Source of the DNA: Cyanobacteriota bacterium | Lineage (GTDB): Bacteria; Cyanobacteriota; Cyanobacteriia; Thermostichales; Thermostichaceae | Assembly (NCBI GenBank): GCA_033764955.1 | Contig: JANRIL010000019.1 | Location: 116,098 to 180,097 of the forward strand | Length of the DNA: 64,000 nucleotides | Direction: 5' to 3' | Shown here: positions 60,577 through 64,000 of the stretch, one piece after another | How positions within the stretch are numbered: position 1 is the stretch's first letter | How the letters are laid out: every line of letters begins with the position of its first letter | Program-made: the position numbers and the translations under genes | The notes under the pieces: generated by a model | The model's database searches: none | Told to the model about the DNA's origin: nothing | What the model saw: the letters and a program-made list of their open reading frames with translations, nothing else

Positions 60577-61296
60577 ATGCGCTACAACTGGAACTGGAGC
60601 ATTCTATTTGAGGATCCTTACCTGGGGTGGATTCTTTCTGGATTGGGCTTAACGGTACTGGTTTCTAGTTTGGCCTGGGTGATTGCCCTAGTGTTGGGAT
60701 CCTTGGTTGGGATTGCTCGAACCGTTCCCGTTGCTTGGGTGCGCACACTAGCTGGGTTTTATGTTGAGCCATTTCGCAATATTCCCCTGCTGGTACAGAT
60801 GTTTCTCTGGTTTTTTGTCTTGCCAGAAATTGTTCCTGAAGGCATGGGTCGTTGGTTAAAGCGGGATTTACCCTACCCCGAATTTTGGACAACGGTAATT
60901 GGGTTGGGGTTTTACACCGCTGCCCGTGTTGCGGATCAAGTGAGAGCGGGTATCGAATCGGTTCCCAAAGGAAAAACTCAGGCGGGCTTAGCTAGTGGAT
61001 TAACCTGGACGCAGATTTATCGCTTTATTTTGTTACCCCTCAGCTATCGGTTGATGTTGCCTCCTTTGACTTCTGAATTTCTGATTATCTATAAGAATTC
61101 TTCTCTAGGTTTAACCATTGGCCTGCTGGAGTTAACCGCTCAAGCTCGCCAAATTGAAGATTATACCTTTCAAGGGTTTGAAGCTTATATTACCGCCAGT
61201 CTTTTGTATGCTCTAATCACTATTTTATTGTTGGTAGCTACCCAAGGACTAGAACGGCAGTTGCGGATCCCTGGATTGATTCAGCGGGGTACTTAG
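60577..61296 (+). CDS. Amino-acid ABC permease, GltJ-like
   Basis: YNWNW, FRNIPLLVQ, PPLTSE...KNSS. Confidence 0.88.
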   Translation: MRYNWNWSILFEDPYLGWILSGLGLTVLVSSLAWVIALVLGSLVGIARTVPVAWVRTLAGFYVEPFRNIPLLVQMFLWFFVLPEIVPEGMGRWLKRDLPYPEFWTTVIGLGFYTAARVADQVRAGIESVPKGKTQAGLASGLTWTQIYRFILLPLSYRLMLPPLTSEFLIIYKNSSLGLTIGLLELTAQARQIEDYTFQGFEAYITASLLYALITILLLVATQGLERQLRIPGLIQRGT

Positions 61297-61395
61297 TTAA
61301 GTGAGGTAGTTAAGTTAAATGGATAGTGAAAGAATGCTTAAGTGAGATGATTGGGCAGATAATAATTAGGTAAAAAAGGGAAATGTCAGGTATTT

Positions 61396-62091
61396 ATGCT
61401 CAACTTTGATCTTCAGGTGATTTGGCAAGAACTGCCCTTTTTGGGTCAGGGGCTGCTCACCACCCTACTATTTGCCACATTATCTATTCTGGTTGGATTG
61501 GTTCTGGGAACGCTATTAGCTCTTATGCGGCTCTCGCCATTTCCCCCTTTTTTCTGGTTGGCGACAGCCTATATTAATTTGTTCCGTTCTATTCCTATTC
61601 TATTAGGTATTTTTTGGTTTTACTTTCTTGTTCCTTTTATCATTGGACGTTCATTGGGAAACTTTGCTTCTGCTTTTATCGCCTTTGTTCAGTTTGAGGC
61701 TGCCTATTATTCAGAAATCATTAGAGCCGGAATTCAAAGTGTCCCTCAGGGACAAATTGGAGCAGGATTGGCTTCTGGATTAAATTATCCACAGGTCATG
61801 TGGTTGATTGTCTTACCTCAGGCTTTTCGCAATATGATTCCGCCTTTGTTAACGCAAAGCATCGTTCTATTTCAAGATACTTCCTTAATCTCTGTAATTA
61901 ATGTCAGGGAGTTTATGGGTGCTAGCCGCATCATTGCCGAAAAAGAAGGGCGACCGGTAGAAATTTATATTTTTGCCGCGTTGATTTATCTACTGGTTTG
62001 TTTGATCTCTTCTCAGTTGGTCAAATTTCTAGAGCAGCGCACGGATCCCAAGCGAAGGAGATCAACCGAAACGGTAGCGGTAGTAGGCTAG
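61396..62091 (+). CDS. Amino-acid ABC permease, GltK-like
   Basis: FRSIP, FEAAYYSEIIRAGIQS, LPQAFRNM, LFQDTSL. Confidence 0.88.
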   Translation: MLNFDLQVIWQELPFLGQGLLTTLLFATLSILVGLVLGTLLALMRLSPFPPFFWLATAYINLFRSIPILLGIFWFYFLVPFIIGRSLGNFASAFIAFVQFEAAYYSEIIRAGIQSVPQGQIGAGLASGLNYPQVMWLIVLPQAFRNMIPPLLTQSIVLFQDTSLISVINVREFMGASRIIAEKEGRPVEIYIFAALIYLLVCLISSQLVKFLEQRTDPKRRRSTETVAVVG

Positions 62092-62118
62092 GTTTAACCA
62101 GTATGAGAGGCAAATTCA

Positions 62119-62847
62119 ATGATAGAGATTGAGAATGTTAGTAAATGGTATGGCTCTTTTCAAGTCCTGAAGGACTGCTCAACAGAGGTACGAAAAGGGG
62201 AAGTCATCGTCGTCTGCGGCCCTTCCGGATCGGGCAAAAGCACGCTGATCAAGTGTGTCAATTTTTTGGAGCCTTTTCAGAAGGGGAAAATTCTTGTCAA
62301 TGGGGTTTCGGTGGCGGAGAAGACGACGGATCTGCCCAAATTGCGCTCCCATGTTGGCATGGTATTTCAAAGTTTTGAACTGTATCCCCACATGTCCACA
62401 TTACAAAATGTTTGTCTTGCCCAAATCCATGTCTTAAAACGCTCCGCATCGGAAGCCGAGGAAAAAGCGGTGCAACTCCTCAAACGAGTCGGTTTAGAGG
62501 ATCATATTCGCAAGTTTCCTGGACAACTTTCGGGTGGACAACAACAGCGGGTAGCCATTGCCCGATCACTAGCGATGGATCCGATTGCCATGCTGTTTGA
62601 CGAGCCAACCTCAGCTTTGGATCCGGAAATGATTAACGAGGTTTTGGACGTTATGGTGGAGTTGGCTCAAGAAGGTATGACCATGATGGTGGTTACCCAC
62701 GAAATGGGGTTTGCCCGCAAAGTCGCCCATCGTGTGGTCTTTATGGATGGGGGATCCATTTTAGAAGATCGACCTACTGAAGCCTTTTTTCAGGATCCCC
62801 AAACCGATCGATCCCAACAATTTCTCTCCAAGATTTTGCACCATTAG
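62119..62847 (+). CDS. Amino-acid ABC ATPase, GltL-like
   Basis: [42 protein letters not shown]. Confidence 0.92.
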   Translation: MIEIENVSKWYGSFQVLKDCSTEVRKGEVIVVCGPSGSGKSTLIKCVNFLEPFQKGKILVNGVSVAEKTTDLPKLRSHVGMVFQSFELYPHMSTLQNVCLAQIHVLKRSASEAEEKAVQLLKRVGLEDHIRKFPGQLSGGQQQRVAIARSLAMDPIAMLFDEPTSALDPEMINEVLDVMVELAQEGMTMMVVTHEMGFARKVAHRVVFMDGGSILEDRPTEAFFQDPQTDRSQQFLSKILHH

Positions 62848-62872
62848 GTTCTATTCTCAAAAACCTATAAAA

Positions 62873-63316
62873 TCACCAAGGCCAAGCAGGTCGTTTGGGT
62901 TTTTGACAGGTTTCAAAGGCTCTAGCTTTTTGTAGACACTCACGGTAGATAGCATCTGCCTTTTGATAGGCTCGCCATCCTGAGGAACGATTTTCGGCAA
63001 GCTGTTCACGGGCTAACCCAGAACTACCTTGCACCTCCCCCAGCAGGTCAGCCCATTCTTGCCAGATATCATAGTCCTGGCTACCCGATGGAGTGGGTAG
63101 CGGATCAAACAACAGGGGGATCAGCCAAAAGCCGGCCACTAAGCCAACTCCCACTGCACCCAGGCTAGCCAAAGGGATCCTCCAATGGAGGCGAGGGTGG
63201 GCTTGTTTACGGGTGTCTTTTTCCGGCAGGGAATACGGTTGCTCCTCTTTTCGTTCTCGATAAAGGGGGGGCTTGGTCGATTTGAGATCGGTGCGAACCA
63301 CAAAGTTATGGGACAT
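62873..63316 (-). CDS. Hypothetical single-pass membrane protein
   Basis: 147-aa ORF with a central TM segment; convergent with the gltL-like gene. Confidence 0.55.
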   Translation of the reverse strand: MSHNFVVRTDLKSTKPPLYRERKEEQPYSLPEKDTRKQAHPRLHWRIPLASLGAVGVGLVAGFWLIPLLFDPLPTPSGSQDYDIWQEWADLLGEVQGSSGLAREQLAENRSSGWRAYQKADAIYRECLQKARAFETCQKPKRPAWPW

Positions 63317-64000
63317 CGTTATGGCAGATAGCTAGCCAACAAATAATCTGATCTTTATCATAACGAGTGAATCAGCGGGGAAGAAGGTCGAGAGACATCT
63401 TCTCGGTTCTCATCTCGTTGGATTCGTGGCTAGTTCCCCTTCTCTCTTATGCTTCCTCACCAAACTTAGATTTCAATAGGATAAAACTCTCCACAAGTCG
63501 GTAGAACTCTCTGAAGTCGATTTCCGAGATTGTTGCCGGAAGTCTTGGCCAAGGTAGGCTACAGACCTAGCTTATTGAGAATAGACAAGATGGAATGAGG
63601 ATTGTGGACTTCGTTCATCCTCAATATGTATCCTGCTAAATTTATCAGCATTACCTCTGAGGCACTACCCAGAGTTCTATCTGCGAGTGATTTCTAAGTT
63701 CGAGGAGCGGTTAACCGACTGTGGCAGAGTAAGGGAATTTTGGCTCAATCATAGTGATTTGGCTAAGCATAAATTGGTCGTTGCACCAGCCAGCTATGGT
63801 TGATTCAGATAAGAATGGGACAAACAAGTCTGGTAAAATCCATGCTTGGAAAGCATTGTAGGGAACCTCGAAAAATACAATACTCTCCTATAGCCAAGCG
63901 ACTCAAGTAGGAGAGCACTCGTCATTGAAGCTCTTGTCAAATCAATTGGGCTTCTTATACTTGTTACCAATTTAATTTATTAGTTTGTCTCAGTACTTAC

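Overview
Cyanobacterial chromosomal segment of mostly housekeeping genes: glsF/gltB, uvrA, mutY, gmk, ndhO, ftsQ, psaK, thiE, cobQ, rpsU, gabD, dps, ntcB-cnaT and initiator tRNA-Met. The octamer GGGATCCC is highly iterated in place of canonical HIP1 (GCGATCGC), as in the Thermostichus / hot-spring Synechococcus lineage. The most striking signal is integron-type DNA with no integrase in the window. A two-gene AT-richer islet (about 6814-8560, minus strand) has the anatomy of an integron gene cassette: a G|TTAGAC core at its 5' end and an attC-like hairpin at its 3' end. It sits 7 nt behind the stop codon of a glycosyltransferase gene. A second, near-perfect solitary attC-like site lies at 10905-11001. 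Features missing from the ORF track: the Yfr1 sRNA (about 51452-51520), a 45-aa membrane microprotein ORF (1644-1781), and NtcA-type promoters, one of them inside the 3' end of the hydantoinase-B gene. Also notable are a MutY with an intact Nudix box and a proteobacterial-type GltIJKL-like transporter. All calls come from reading the sequence and recognising motifs; no database searches were run.
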